A stretch of 64,000 nt of DNA, from assembly GCA_002440905.1 (NCBI GenBank), contig DJWA01000002.1, positions 192,065 to 256,064 on the forward strand. Direction: 5' to 3'. The notes below the pieces were generated by a model. That model was given only the letters and a program-made list of their open reading frames with translations. It was not told the origin of the DNA and did not search any database. Below, piece after piece: positions 1 to 9,067 of this stretch. The DNA comes from Candidatus Roizmanbacteria bacterium UBA6242 (lineage in GTDB: Bacteria; Patescibacteriota; Microgenomatia; UBA1406; GWC2-37-13). Each line of letters starts with the position of its first letter. Position 1 is the stretch's first letter. The position numbers and the translations under genes are program-made.

Positions 1-549
1 TTACAGGGCGGACCGCACGATAATCAGACGGCGGCAATTGCGATTGCCCTGTATGAAGCGTCAACACCGGCGTTTAAAAAATATTCTTTGCAGGTAGTTA
101 AGAACGCCAAGACTTTGTCATCCACGCTTAAAAATGGCGGATTAAAATTGGTAGGTGGAGGGAGTGAAAACCACTTGATCCTAATAGATCTGTCAAAGAC
201 GCTATCGCCCGGAAGCGGAGTTTTTGTTCAAAAGGCGCTTGATCTTGTGGGACTGACATTAAACAAGAATACCGTACCCGCTGAACCAATGTCGCCCTTT
301 TATCCGTCTGGAGTAAGATTAGGGACACCGGCAGCCACCACTCGCGGGATGAAGGACAAGGAAATGAAGTTTATAGGCGAAAAGATGCTAGAGGTCATTA
401 ATCTATTGAAAGACTATAAACTCCCAGAAGATAAGAAATTGAGATCGAAATATATAGCTAAATTCGAAGCGGAAATTGGAAAGAATAAAATTATAAAGAG
501 GATCGGCGGAGAAGTAAGGAAGGTAGCTATGAGGTTCTCGATTCCTTAA
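1..549 (+). CDS. glyA: Serine hydroxymethyltransferase, C-terminal part (5' end outside the window)
   Basis: Frame 1 is open from nt 1 (LQGGPHDNQTAAIAIALYEA...). The GGSENHLILIDL and GVRLGTPAATTRG motifs are typical of SHMT. Confidence 0.9.
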   Translation, partial: LQGGPHDNQTAAIAIALYEASTPAFKKYSLQVVKNAKTLSSTLKNGGLKLVGGGSENHLILIDLSKTLSPGSGVFVQKALDLVGLTLNKNTVPAEPMSPFYPSGVRLGTPAATTRGMKDKEMKFIGEKMLEVINLLKDYKLPEDKKLRSKYIAKFEAEIGKNKIIKRIGGEVRKVAMRFSIP

Positions 550-610
550 TAGTTGCCATAGAGCATAAAAAACTCTGTTGCTTTTCGGTAAATATTTTGT
601 ACCATTAACT

Positions 611-1297
611 ATGGCAAAAACAAAGATTAAAAAAACACTTAAGAAGGTCACTCCCGTTATAGAGTCCGTACAGGAAGGTAAATCTCCGAGCGTCACCGTG
701 AAATTTCCAAAAAAGTTCTTCCTATACGCAACTTTGCTACTGGCAACAGGAGCCCTTATATATTTTGGAGGCAGGTTGCTAGTCGCCGCTACAGTAAATG
801 GTCAGCCGGTTAGCCGAATTGAAGTAGTTCGCGAACTCGAGAAGCAGGGAGGGAAAAAGACGCTTGACGTTTTTATTCTCAAGACCCTAATCAACCAGGA
901 AGCCAGAAAAAATAAAGTGACTGTTTCCCAAAAAGATATTGATGCGGAAATGGCTAAAATTGAAAAAAATGTATCGTCTCAAGGTGCAACTCTCGATTCA
1001 CTTCTTGCCCAACAAGGCATGACAAAGGCTACGCTTGTCGAAGAGATTAGACTTCAGCTTTTAGTGACGAAGTTGGCAGGAGATGATGTTAGCGTCACCG
1101 AGAAAGAAATAGACGATTATTTGACAGCGCAACAGGAACAAATGGCCTTAAGCTCGGTTCAACCTGTTGAGGGGGAAGCCCCGTCGAGGGAAGCGGTAAA
1201 GGAACAGATAAAGCAACAAAAACTTCAGGAAAAGATTCAAAATCTTATAACCGGATTGAAGGAAAAGGCAAAGATAAACTACTTTGTTAATTATTGA
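611..1297 (+). CDS. Membrane-anchored SurA-N-terminal-domain-like chaperone (no PPIase domain seen)
   Basis: ATG at 611 (MAKTKIKK) lies within the ORF 578..1297. It has one N-terminal TM helix, and the pattern 'VNGQPVSRIEVVRELEKQGGKKTLDVFILKTLINQEA..VSQKDIDAEM' resembles SurA_N/PpiD-type domains. Confidence 0.45.
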   Translation: MAKTKIKKTLKKVTPVIESVQEGKSPSVTVKFPKKFFLYATLLLATGALIYFGGRLLVAATVNGQPVSRIEVVRELEKQGGKKTLDVFILKTLINQEARKNKVTVSQKDIDAEMAKIEKNVSSQGATLDSLLAQQGMTKATLVEEIRLQLLVTKLAGDDVSVTEKEIDDYLTAQQEQMALSSVQPVEGEAPSREAVKEQIKQQKLQEKIQNLITGLKEKAKINYFVNY

Positions 1298-2696
1298 TCC
1301 GGAACAAAGTTAGCTTTCCTGATGTTCCAATTTTCTTCATATTTTTAATTCTGTCGGATCTGCCTTCAACAATTACGTAAATAATTTTAGCTTGTTTTGA
1401 TGGCGGGTTTCCCTGCCACCAAAGTAGGAACTCGTAACCTTCTTTTGACTGCCCTTGGTAGGAGTCGAAAGGCCCGATCCTAGAAAGTGAATATTTATTT
1501 TTTTTGACGTCTTTAATTATCATCATGGTTATTTTTTGTTGATCCTTAAAGGCGGTGAATCCATAAGCAACCTCAGGGTTATAAAAAAGATATTTTTTAG
1601 AAAATATGAATCCCAAATTAATGGTAATTATAGAAATTACCGCCAAAATGACAAAAATTTTTTTGTCATTTATTTTCCATAAATTGGAAAGGACTTTTGA
1701 AAATAAGATTATCGGTAAAACGAAAACGGGTACGAAGTAATGAATTGGCGGGTTCTTGTGTATAAATAGAAACAAAAGTCCGGCAAAAAGCCAATAACAT
1801 AATACTCTCTCAAATAAAGACCTCTTCTTAACGATGAAATATACAGCAACAGGAATGATAACGACCAGTCCAAAAATCCAATGGATTTCGGGAATTAGCA
1901 ATCCAGATTTAATAAAATCCGAAATATTAATAAGCGTTATATCGATTACTTTCGTTCGGTTTAAACCAATCGTCTGGCCGGTTAAGAAATTGAATAGTTT
2001 GTATGGTATCCAAAGTAGAAAATTTATGGTCATCCGAAAACCGTTGGTCGAGTCGACTAAAAAAAATGGTATATGAGACGAGGCGAATGCGGCAATGCTT
2101 GCCAGAATTTGTCTTTGATTAAACTTCCTAAGGAATATAAATAGGGACACGAATATGGGAAGAAGCATGAAAGACGCGGCGTGGAGTGTTGTCATAAATC
2201 CTATAAGTAGAAAGATCGGCCAAATCATTTTATTTTTATTATTAACAATATTGTAGACGAGTAAAAAAAGCACATATAAAAGTGGGATTATGAAGCTGTA
2301 AAAACCTGGAGTCCGCCCAAATAGAAGGAACAGCGGTGAAACTGAAAGAAAAGCGGTCGAGATTATTGCAGTATTTCGATCGATGGTTTTTTTGACAACG
2401 ATATAGTTTAAAGGAACGGTTAGTATATTTACTAAAATAACTAGAAAATTTAAAGTCAGCGGATGGAACTTTAGACCGGCAAAAAAAGGAAAGAACAAAT
2501 AATAGGGTGTAGAGCTTAATCTCAGCCAAGAATGACTTGTTAATGGACCATCAAGCAAAAGGTTACCCTCGAGTAGTTTTATAGTTTCAAGATAATGTTG
2601 GCCAACTTCAGCCGTAATAGTGGCGAAGGCGCCGCTGTTGTGTAGACGGGCAATGAGAGAGACAATAAAAGTTACCAACAGAACTAACGTTTCCAT
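1287..2696 (-). CDS. Polytopic membrane glycosyltransferase, GT39/ArnT-like
   Basis: 469 aa with more than 10 predicted TM helices followed by a soluble C-terminal domain. The architecture matches the PMT/ArnT family, but no strict catalytic motif was verified. Confidence 0.5.
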   Translation of the reverse strand: METLVLLVTFIVSLIARLHNSGAFATITAEVGQHYLETIKLLEGNLLLDGPLTSHSWLRLSSTPYYLFFPFFAGLKFHPLTLNFLVILVNILTVPLNYIVVKKTIDRNTAIISTAFLSVSPLFLLFGRTPGFYSFIIPLLYVLFLLVYNIVNNKNKMIWPIFLLIGFMTTLHAASFMLLPIFVSLFIFLRKFNQRQILASIAAFASSHIPFFLVDSTNGFRMTINFLLWIPYKLFNFLTGQTIGLNRTKVIDITLINISDFIKSGLLIPEIHWIFGLVVIIPVAVYFIVKKRSLFERVLCYWLFAGLLFLFIHKNPPIHYFVPVFVLPIILFSKVLSNLWKINDKKIFVILAVISIITINLGFIFSKKYLFYNPEVAYGFTAFKDQQKITMMIIKDVKKNKYSLSRIGPFDSYQGQSKEGYEFLLWWQGNPPSKQAKIIYVIVEGRSDRIKNMKKIGTSGKLTLFRINN

Positions 2697-2699
2697 TTG

Positions 2700-2770
2700 T
2701 TGCCCAGCCTCGACTCGAACGAGGATAAATAGATTCAGAGTCTATTGTCCTACCATTGAACGACCGGGCA
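2700..2770 (-). tRNA. tRNA-Gln (anticodon CUG)
   Basis: Hand-folded from the minus strand: acceptor TGCCCGG/CTGGGCA (U1-A72, one G-U pair), D arm GTTC-AATGGTA-GGAC, anticodon arm ATAGA-CTCTGAA-TCTAT, variable loop TTAT, T arm CCTCG-TTCGAGT-CGAGG. CCA is not encoded. Confidence 0.85.
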
Positions 2771-2797
2771 TTTAAAAGCAAGTATATTTTACCAAAT

Positions 2798-3937
2798 TCA
2801 AAGCCCATTAGGATTGATTCTGATTATTCGGTCGTCTCCAGATTTTGGAATTCCGCGACCATCACGGTTGCTAGTTGTCACATAAAGCATGCCGTCGGGG
2901 CCGGCAACAACTTCACGAATTCTACCAAACTCGGCTTTAAATAGTTCCTTTATGGAAGGCATGCCATCAGAAAGGGTTATCCTATAAAGAGCGGTGCCGC
3001 GTAAGCCGCCGAAATAGAAAGCGTTATTTAGATATGTTAGGCTTGCCGGTGCCCAGGTAGTTGAAGGCCCAGAGTGTATAAGAGGTGTTATCATGTTTTC
3101 TTTGGTCGAATCCCCTTCAATGTCTGGCCAACCGTAGTTCCCGCCAGGTTTTATAAGATTTAACTCGTCAAACCCCGAAAGTATTCCTGATCGCCCATGT
3201 TCGGTAGCGTAAAGACTTCCTTGTTGATCCCATGCCAGTCCTTGAGGGTTTCGGTGGCCGTACGAATAGACGAGGTTTCCAAAAGGATTATCTGGTGCCG
3301 GTTTGCCTTGATCAGTCACCCTGAGTATTTTACCTGCAAGATTATTTTTATCCTGTGACTTAGACGGATTCTGGGCATCTCCGGTCGTTATATATAGATA
3401 GTTATCGGGGCCAAATTTGATTCTTCCTCCGTTGTGATTGCGTGCGCCGGGAATGGCGTCGACAATTATAGACTCAGTACCCAATTTATTATTTTGGTAT
3501 GTTGTTCTGACGACGCGGTTTAATGTGTTATCATTTTCGGAATAATAAGTGTAATAGAAATAGATATAACGATTGTTTTCAAAGTCTGGATGAAGGGTCA
3601 TTCCCAGTAGTCCGCCCTCTCCGATTTCCGCAGCCTGATTGAGTTTCCCAACGAGCACTGAATCCAGAGTTTTGTTAAGTTCGATCAACCTCACTTGTCC
3701 GGATCGCTCGGTAATAAGCAAATTATTATCGGGTAGAAATGCAATGGACCAAGGTGTATCGAGGCCTAAAACAATATCTGAAATATTAGGAATCTCGGCT
3801 GCTGGTTCACCTTTAACGTTTATTGGGTTTGACTCCCGTTTTGGTAAAGGAGCCAGTGAGTTAGTTTTTGAAAAATATGAATAAAGTACGAAGATCGAAA
3901 CAAAAACAATAGCTGCCAGGGCTATTTTTACATACAT
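2798..3937 (-). CDS. PQQ-dependent (soluble glucose/sorbosone) sugar dehydrogenase family, N-terminal membrane anchor
   Basis: Beta-propeller GSDH-type motifs are present: LDTPWSIAFLPD, GGLLGMTLHPDF, HNGGRIKFGPD, GHRNPQGLAWD, GGNYGWP. Confidence 0.75.
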   Translation of the reverse strand: MYVKIALAAIVFVSIFVLYSYFSKTNSLAPLPKRESNPINVKGEPAAEIPNISDIVLGLDTPWSIAFLPDNNLLITERSGQVRLIELNKTLDSVLVGKLNQAAEIGEGGLLGMTLHPDFENNRYIYFYYTYYSENDNTLNRVVRTTYQNNKLGTESIIVDAIPGARNHNGGRIKFGPDNYLYITTGDAQNPSKSQDKNNLAGKILRVTDQGKPAPDNPFGNLVYSYGHRNPQGLAWDQQGSLYATEHGRSGILSGFDELNLIKPGGNYGWPDIEGDSTKENMITPLIHSGPSTTWAPASLTYLNNAFYFGGLRGTALYRITLSDGMPSIKELFKAEFGRIREVVAGPDGMLYVTTSNRDGRGIPKSGDDRIIRINPNGL

Positions 3938-3957
3938 AAATTAATGATACATTATTC

Positions 3958-3987
3958 TTGCAACTTTTTTGTAATAGTTTGCATAAT
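3958..3987 (+). promoter_or_regulatory. Candidate sigma70-type promoter TTGCAA-N18-CATAAT
   Basis: The hexamers were read directly. The -10 box ends 5 nt before GTG 3993 and 11 nt before ATG 3999. Confidence 0.35.
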
Positions 3988-3992
3988 ACTTA

Positions 3993-4358
3993 GTGAATAT
4001 GATAACCGCAGATATAATCTTAGGAATGCTCAATATTTTTATAGGTTTTGCCGAAACTGCGATTGCTTTACGCATACTCCTCAAATTAATGGGAGCCTCA
4101 ACAGCGGCGCCTTTCGTGAGATGGGTTTACGACATGAGCCAGCCATTAATATCTCCATTTATCGGTATGTTTCCGTCTCCAACCTTATCAGGTCCCTTCA
4201 CTATAGAGTTTTCGGCAATCTTTGCCTTATTTGTATATATGTTCGTAGGGTATTTGCTTCAAGAGGCGATATGGTATCTTAATCGAAATATATTTAATAG
4301 GGAAGTGATATCGAAGCGTAAAAACAAGAAGAAGATAGAATACGAAGATGAAGAGTAA
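3993..4358 (+). CDS. YggT-family small membrane protein (start at GTG 3993 or ATG 3999)
   Basis: Two or three TM helices. The pattern 'ALRILLKLMGAS..FVRWVYDMSQPLISPF..' resembles YggT repeats, and the C-terminal tail is Lys/Glu-rich. Confidence 0.5.
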   Translation: MNMITADIILGMLNIFIGFAETAIALRILLKLMGASTAAPFVRWVYDMSQPLISPFIGMFPSPTLSGPFTIEFSAIFALFVYMFVGYLLQEAIWYLNRNIFNREVISKRKNKKKIEYEDEE

Positions 4359-4386
4359 ATACACACTTCGGGTGTAAAATATTCAT

Positions 4387-4935
4387 ATGGAAGACAAGCT
4401 GACTTTTAGAAAGGGATCAGAAAAGGATTTGGATAGATTTCTCCAATTTTTTCGGACGAGCGTAAAGACTCTTTTTTCTGATCATTATTCTCCAAACTCA
4501 ATAAACTATACCGTCGACGTTGATTACGGTCCAAAGTGGATGAGTAGCCAGCTGAAAAAAAATAGGAAAAAAGTATTCCTATCGTATTATGGAAATAAGA
4601 TCACCGGATACTTGTTTGCATCGAAGTCTATTGCCGGAGTGGGATTTGCAGATTGGTTGGCCGTCGATAAACCTTATCAGAAAAAAGGTATCGCATCGGC
4701 TCTTCTTAAGATGTGGGAAGAAAATGAAATCAAAGAGGGTGCTCACTCGCTTTTTTTATGGACAACTAAAAACAATTTGGATTTTTATCGGGGACGTGGA
4801 TTCAAAGTCGGTGGTGAATTTCCAAATGCTTGGCACGGGGTTAATACCTATCTTATCTATATGAATTTACGGGAGCCCAAGGAGGAGAATTTTCTTAAAA
4901 ATTATTTAAAAAAAATCAAAAAAAATGAAAGCTAA
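4387..4935 (+). CDS. GNAT family N-acetyltransferase
   Basis: Acetyl-CoA binding motif A 'WLAVDKPYQKKGIASALLKMW' followed by 'DFYRGRGFKV'. Confidence 0.75.
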   Translation: MEDKLTFRKGSEKDLDRFLQFFRTSVKTLFSDHYSPNSINYTVDVDYGPKWMSSQLKKNRKKVFLSYYGNKITGYLFASKSIAGVGFADWLAVDKPYQKKGIASALLKMWEENEIKEGAHSLFLWTTKNNLDFYRGRGFKVGGEFPNAWHGVNTYLIYMNLREPKEENFLKNYLKKIKKNES

Positions 4936-5374
4936 GGAATTTTCGTTGCCAGATCAAACCGGAAAGATGCACAAACTCTCAGATTATAAAGGAAAATGGG
5001 TAGTGCTTTATTTTTATCCCAAAGACGATACTCCAGGTTGCACTAAGGAGGCTTGTAGTTTCAGGGACAGTATGGAGGTTTACAGAAATAGGGGAGTTGT
5101 CGTAATTGGTGTGTCCAAGGATTCGATCGAATCCCATAGGAAGTTTAGCGATAAATATAGACTTAACTTTCCGATTCTTTCCGATCCGGAAAAAGAAGTG
5201 ATTAAAAATTACGGTGCTTGGGGAGAAAAAAGCTTCATGGGTAAAAAATTTGAAGGTACGTTGAGAAATACTTATCTCATTGATCCTTTGGGTAAGATTG
5301 CTAAAACATACAAGAAAGTTAACCCGCTTATTCATTCGGGGCAAATCCTCAAAGACGTTGGTAATTTTTTATAA
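4925..5374 (+). CDS. bcp: Thioredoxin-dependent peroxiredoxin Bcp
   Basis: 'WVVLYFYPKDDTPGCTKEACSFRD' carries the peroxidatic Cys motif. The length of 149 aa fits Bcp. Confidence 0.9.
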   Translation: MKAKEFSLPDQTGKMHKLSDYKGKWVVLYFYPKDDTPGCTKEACSFRDSMEVYRNRGVVVIGVSKDSIESHRKFSDKYRLNFPILSDPEKEVIKNYGAWGEKSFMGKKFEGTLRNTYLIDPLGKIAKTYKKVNPLIHSGQILKDVGNFL

Positions 5375-5380
5375 AAAACA

Positions 5381-5398
5381 CCCGCTGGTACCAGCGGG
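5381..5398. terminator. Bidirectional intrinsic terminator hairpin between convergent bcp and hsp20
   Basis: 8-bp GC-rich stem CCCGCTGG/CCAGCGGG. A T-run (TGTTTTTTAT) follows on the minus strand, while only TTT follows on the plus strand. Confidence 0.6.
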
Positions 5399-5424
5399 GT
5401 TTAAAAAGATCTTTTTATTTGTTA

Positions 5425-5853
5425 TTACTTTCCGATCGCCTTAACGGCGATTTTTTTGGGCTTGGCTTCTTCTGCAATTTTCCCAGAAATTACGACGACA
5501 CCGTCTTCGACTTTAGCCTCAAGGCTTTTGGCGTCAATTGCCCGGGGAAGAGTTGTTGTGTAGTCAAATGATGCCACTCGGTCCATTCTATAGACTACCT
5601 TCTTTTTTTTCTTTTCCTCCTCGGTTTCTTCGGTACGTGCTGTAACTCTTAGGACTCCATCCTCGAACGTGACTTCGACCTGGTCGGCCGAAACACCCGG
5701 AACGGCTGCCTTGACGATTACCTGATCGCCCTCTTCATAAACGTCTAAACCGTCCGTCATTTTGATTTCCGGCCATTCTTCATCTTCCCAGGATGAAAAA
5801 AACGGTCTCATCCATCGCCGGCTTGAAAAAGGATCTAATCTTATGATTGCCAT
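5425..5853 (-). CDS. Hsp20/alpha-crystallin small heat-shock protein
   Basis: Alpha-crystallin domain pattern 'DVYEEGDQVIVKAAVPGVSADQVEVTFEDGVLRVTA ... LPRAIDAKSLEAKVEDGVVVI'. A strong SD (GGAGGTG) lies 8 nt upstream of the start. Confidence 0.9.
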   Translation of the reverse strand: MAIIRLDPFSSRRWMRPFFSSWEDEEWPEIKMTDGLDVYEEGDQVIVKAAVPGVSADQVEVTFEDGVLRVTARTEETEEEKKKKKVVYRMDRVASFDYTTTLPRAIDAKSLEAKVEDGVVVISGKIAEEAKPKKIAVKAIGK

Positions 5854-5874
5854 ATATTTTCACCTCCTTCCATA

Positions 5875-5901
5875 TTAGCACTCTATCATATTAACTGCTA
5901 A
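5875..5901. promoter_or_regulatory. CIRCE-like inverted repeat (HrcA operator) upstream of hsp20
   Basis: TTAGCACTC-N9-AACTGCTAA versus the consensus TTAGCACTC-N9-GAGTGCTAA (9/9 and 7/9). It overlaps a minus-strand TTGACA(5909-5904)-N18-TAGAGT(5885-5880) promoter-like pair. Confidence 0.6.
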
Positions 5902-5989
5902 TTTGTCAAGGGGGAAATTCAATTATGGTGTATAAAAATATTGTTAAAAATCAATCAGAAACAGTATCATTTTTGTTAGATTATATATC

Positions 5990-5998
5990 TGCTATAAT
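5990..5998 (+). promoter_or_regulatory. Extended -10 promoter element TGcTATAAT
   Basis: Read directly. The element ends 6 nt before ATG 6005, which implies a leaderless or near-leaderless transcript. Confidence 0.4.
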
Positions 5999-6004
5999 CA
6001 GAAA

Positions 6005-6280
6005 ATGATGACGCCGCAACTTTACATACTATCGCGTAAAATTCACAGAATGATAGTTGTTATCATCGTTGTCCTTTCGTTAGTAATGATGGTTACGGGA
6101 TTAAATATGAAATACGGTTGGTTCTTTCTTGATCGAGGTTTTTCAAATAATCTTCATAATAACCTTAGCCCTTATTTCGCAATCGTATTGATGATTAATG
6201 TCATTACCGGATTCTACATGTACTTATATACACAGCCGAGAAAAAGCAGTAAAAAAAGTAATGATAAGATTGTTCAATAA
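6005..6280 (+). CDS. Small membrane protein (2 TM helices), unknown function
   Basis: 91-aa ORF with two hydrophobic helices and a basic C-terminal tail. A promoter element lies directly upstream. Confidence 0.4.
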   Translation: MMTPQLYILSRKIHRMIVVIIVVLSLVMMVTGLNMKYGWFFLDRGFSNNLHNNLSPYFAIVLMINVITGFYMYLYTQPRKSSKKSNDKIVQ

Positions 6281-7545
6281 AGGGCTTTTATGTCGTAGGA
6301 GCCGTCTAAATTGAGGATAAAGGCTTTTTTCGGATAGACGGGTAATGTTGACACAACTTTATCCCTACTCACCAATACCTTTCCAATATAATCGGGGATT
6401 TCTTCGTAATCTTTGCCGTAGATATATATCCGGTCGTGATCTAAATAATATTGGGCGGTGAAATAATCCAGTTCAGTTTCCACATACACCAAATCATCCT
6501 CTTTCATTACCTTACTTATTTCGGCGAAAGTTTGTCTGAGTGGCGCTTTGGTTCTTTTTGCTACCTGCATTTTCTGAAAATTAAAGGAAAAGGCAACGAA
6601 AAAAACGATCGCAAATACTTTAATATAGGTTGGCATCCTTTCAAAAGCATAGACCATAAGAAGACTCAACCCTATGCTCGAAAAAATGAGATAGCGGGGG
6701 AGGAAAACCGGTTTGAATATCGACACAACCAGTACGAAAAATGGTATACCCACACCCCAGACAAAAAGAGTGTTAAAAAGACTTTTTTCAGCCTTTTTTT
6801 CATGTCTACTTTTTAATAACGCGTAGACGACTACGGCAAGAATTGCCCATGAAATGAATATAATCTGATTGTTGAAAAAACCAAAGTTTTTTTCGTACCC
6901 TGTGTAAACCTCTCCGAGGAATGTCAGAAAGTTGGTAGCAGATATCTTACTAATCCAAAACGAAGTGCTTGAGGTGGCTCGGCTTAGGATGACGAGGATC
7001 ATCCATGGGGCAAATGCCAGTAAAGCTTGTCTCTGTTTAAATCTGTAAACGAGCCACTGTCCAATAACAACAAATACCATGAAATAGTGGGTATATAACC
7101 CAAGTATCGTTGATATCAGATAAAGTTTGGTATTTTTTTTGTAAAGCGAATAAAAAGAAAGGGTTGATAAAAATGCAAAAAGTGAATACATTCTTACTTC
7201 AAAAGCAAAATAAACAAGGATGGGATTAAGTAGAAAGAACAAGAGGTAGAGAAAAGACTTTCTCATATCCAGTTTGAAAACTTCGGTTAGAATGAGATAA
7301 ACGACGTATAGGCTTGCCCAAAAAAATATAAGAGACAAACTTCTCATTGCTATTTCTCCATTACCGAAAATGGCTATCCAATAATGAAGAATAAGGTAGT
7401 ACAAAGGAGGGCTGAAATCCTTCATTGTCATTGAAATTATTTCAATAATGTTTTTTTTGGCGAGTAAGTAAGAATAAGCTTCGTCGCGCCACAACGACTG
7501 GACAAGAAAAACAAGCGGAGTTTTCGTAAACAGGAAGTTAAACAT
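6274..7545 (-). CDS. Polytopic membrane glycosyltransferase, GT39 (PMT/ArnT-like)
   Basis: The first loop has a 'WRDEAYSY' DE-type motif followed by 'DFSPPLYYLILHYW'. There are more than 10 TM helices and a soluble C-terminal domain. Confidence 0.6.
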   Translation of the reverse strand: MFNFLFTKTPLVFLVQSLWRDEAYSYLLAKKNIIEIISMTMKDFSPPLYYLILHYWIAIFGNGEIAMRSLSLIFFWASLYVVYLILTEVFKLDMRKSFLYLLFFLLNPILVYFAFEVRMYSLFAFLSTLSFYSLYKKNTKLYLISTILGLYTHYFMVFVVIGQWLVYRFKQRQALLAFAPWMILVILSRATSSTSFWISKISATNFLTFLGEVYTGYEKNFGFFNNQIIFISWAILAVVVYALLKSRHEKKAEKSLFNTLFVWGVGIPFFVLVVSIFKPVFLPRYLIFSSIGLSLLMVYAFERMPTYIKVFAIVFFVAFSFNFQKMQVAKRTKAPLRQTFAEISKVMKEDDLVYVETELDYFTAQYYLDHDRIYIYGKDYEEIPDYIGKVLVSRDKVVSTLPVYPKKAFILNLDGSYDIKALY

Positions 7546-7577
7546 AAACCCAGTTTAATACTAAATTATTCAATTGT

Positions 7578-9056
7578 CTATACTTTTTCAGTCACTTTAT
7601 ATTTGAGCTTTTTCCCAAATAGAATCCTGGTGTGGGCATCAAGAGCTGGTAGAGAGGAAAAGAAAAAGGAAACAATGGGCAACAGATACCATTGAATTAT
7701 TAGAATCGGTAGGTATAAGGCGCCGGTTTTAACATTAACTTTTTGTCTGAGTTTTATGTCCAAATATATATATAGGATAAGCATCGCAGAGGAAAAGGTT
7801 AAGATAAGGCCAGAAAGCTGTGGTAGTAGAAAACCTAGAACAGTTCTTTTGAATACTGGGTTTACCAAAGGCGGGATGGACGCCGACACCGTCAATATAA
7901 AGAAAGAGACCGGCCAGAGAAGGTGAGTTTCGCTTATGAACATGGCCTTTTTCAGTTTAGTCATGAAATCTATATGGGGTGTAACAAAAAATTTACGGAA
8001 CACATATCCAACATCGGAGACTCCCCATGCCCATCTTTTTTCCTGCTCATAACGGTTGGCGAGTGTCTTAACAATGCCACCGGAGTAGACGGCGTCACCG
8101 TTAACGATCGTAAAGAGTGGTATTGTTTTAACCAATCCGCCGAAAGCAAAAAAAGCTTGAAAATAAATATGCCAATCCTCCGGAATAATGTCGACATCCC
8201 AATATCCGATTTTCTTGAGCATCCAGAGGTTAGTTGAATATGTTGATACTTGAATAAGATTTTCTTTTTGCGACAAAAACGCTAAGCGGACAATCGAAGA
8301 CAGGGTCGCTTGAAGTCTGACAAATAATGGCAGCTGCCAAAAATTATTATAGAGTAGGACAGGTGCCCAGTAAAAATGGTGGAGTCGTCCTTTGTCCCTC
8401 AGGAACTCAAATGTTAGATACGAAAAATAGTTTTTTGGCAGGAAACTGTCAGCGTCACATATTGTGATCAGAGTTTGTTTATCGCTTATATTGTTAGCGT
8501 TACAGTATTTTTCAATTTGTCGGCAGGCGAAGGTTTGGTTGCTCGCCTTTCCTTCCTCCTCGCCTGGCATTAGGGGATGATATGTGCAAATGATGTCTTT
8601 AAAGAAAAAACTATATTTTTTTATAAATTCCTTGGCTTTTTCGGAAGCTTCGGTTTCCCTATGCTCAAATGCCAGTACCAGATAAATGCTTTTGTAAGGT
8701 AAGTCGTTTTGGGTCAATGCCTTAATGGTTGCTTCAAGTTTATAAACAGGTTCCTTGTAGTTTGGAATTACGACAAAATGCTTAACTTCAGATCCACCTT
8801 TGATTTTTTTAATCTTCTTTCCGTAGTTTATTTTATTATGAAAAAGGATTTCGTTGTAGCTCACGACTGCACGATACGTGGTTGTTGCTGACTTGTAGAA
8901 AAAGTAAAGGTCAAATGCAATTATGAAGTAGGCGACGACGGCCGGATGAAAGGGTGATAACCATAAAGGCAAAGTTATCATTGTCCACGACGTGGCCGGT
9001 ACAACCATATCAAGAATCCGGTTAAAAAACTTTGATTTAACGATTTTGTCCGTCAT
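7578..9056 (-). CDS. Membrane-integrated processive family 2 glycosyltransferase (cellulose/chitin-synthase-like)
   Basis: 'VVIPNYKEP', 'ITICDADSF' (DXD-type) and 'YEQEKRWAWG' (QxxRW) motifs, flanked by TM helices. Confidence 0.75.
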   Translation of the reverse strand: MTDKIVKSKFFNRILDMVVPATSWTMITLPLWLSPFHPAVVAYFIIAFDLYFFYKSATTTYRAVVSYNEILFHNKINYGKKIKKIKGGSEVKHFVVIPNYKEPVYKLEATIKALTQNDLPYKSIYLVLAFEHRETEASEKAKEFIKKYSFFFKDIICTYHPLMPGEEEGKASNQTFACRQIEKYCNANNISDKQTLITICDADSFLPKNYFSYLTFEFLRDKGRLHHFYWAPVLLYNNFWQLPLFVRLQATLSSIVRLAFLSQKENLIQVSTYSTNLWMLKKIGYWDVDIIPEDWHIYFQAFFAFGGLVKTIPLFTIVNGDAVYSGGIVKTLANRYEQEKRWAWGVSDVGYVFRKFFVTPHIDFMTKLKKAMFISETHLLWPVSFFILTVSASIPPLVNPVFKRTVLGFLLPQLSGLILTFSSAMLILYIYLDIKLRQKVNVKTGALYLPILIIQWYLLPIVSFFFSSLPALDAHTRILFGKKLKYKVTEKV

Positions 9057-9067
9057 AAGTAGCTATA

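Noticed and set aside
3944-4282. 112-aa ORF overlapping the YggT-like gene in another frame, and the similar 4589..4864 ORF inside the GNAT gene.
   Set aside because: The alternate-frame products are Cys/Arg-rich with no motifs. The competing frames give coherent membrane-protein and GNAT sequences.
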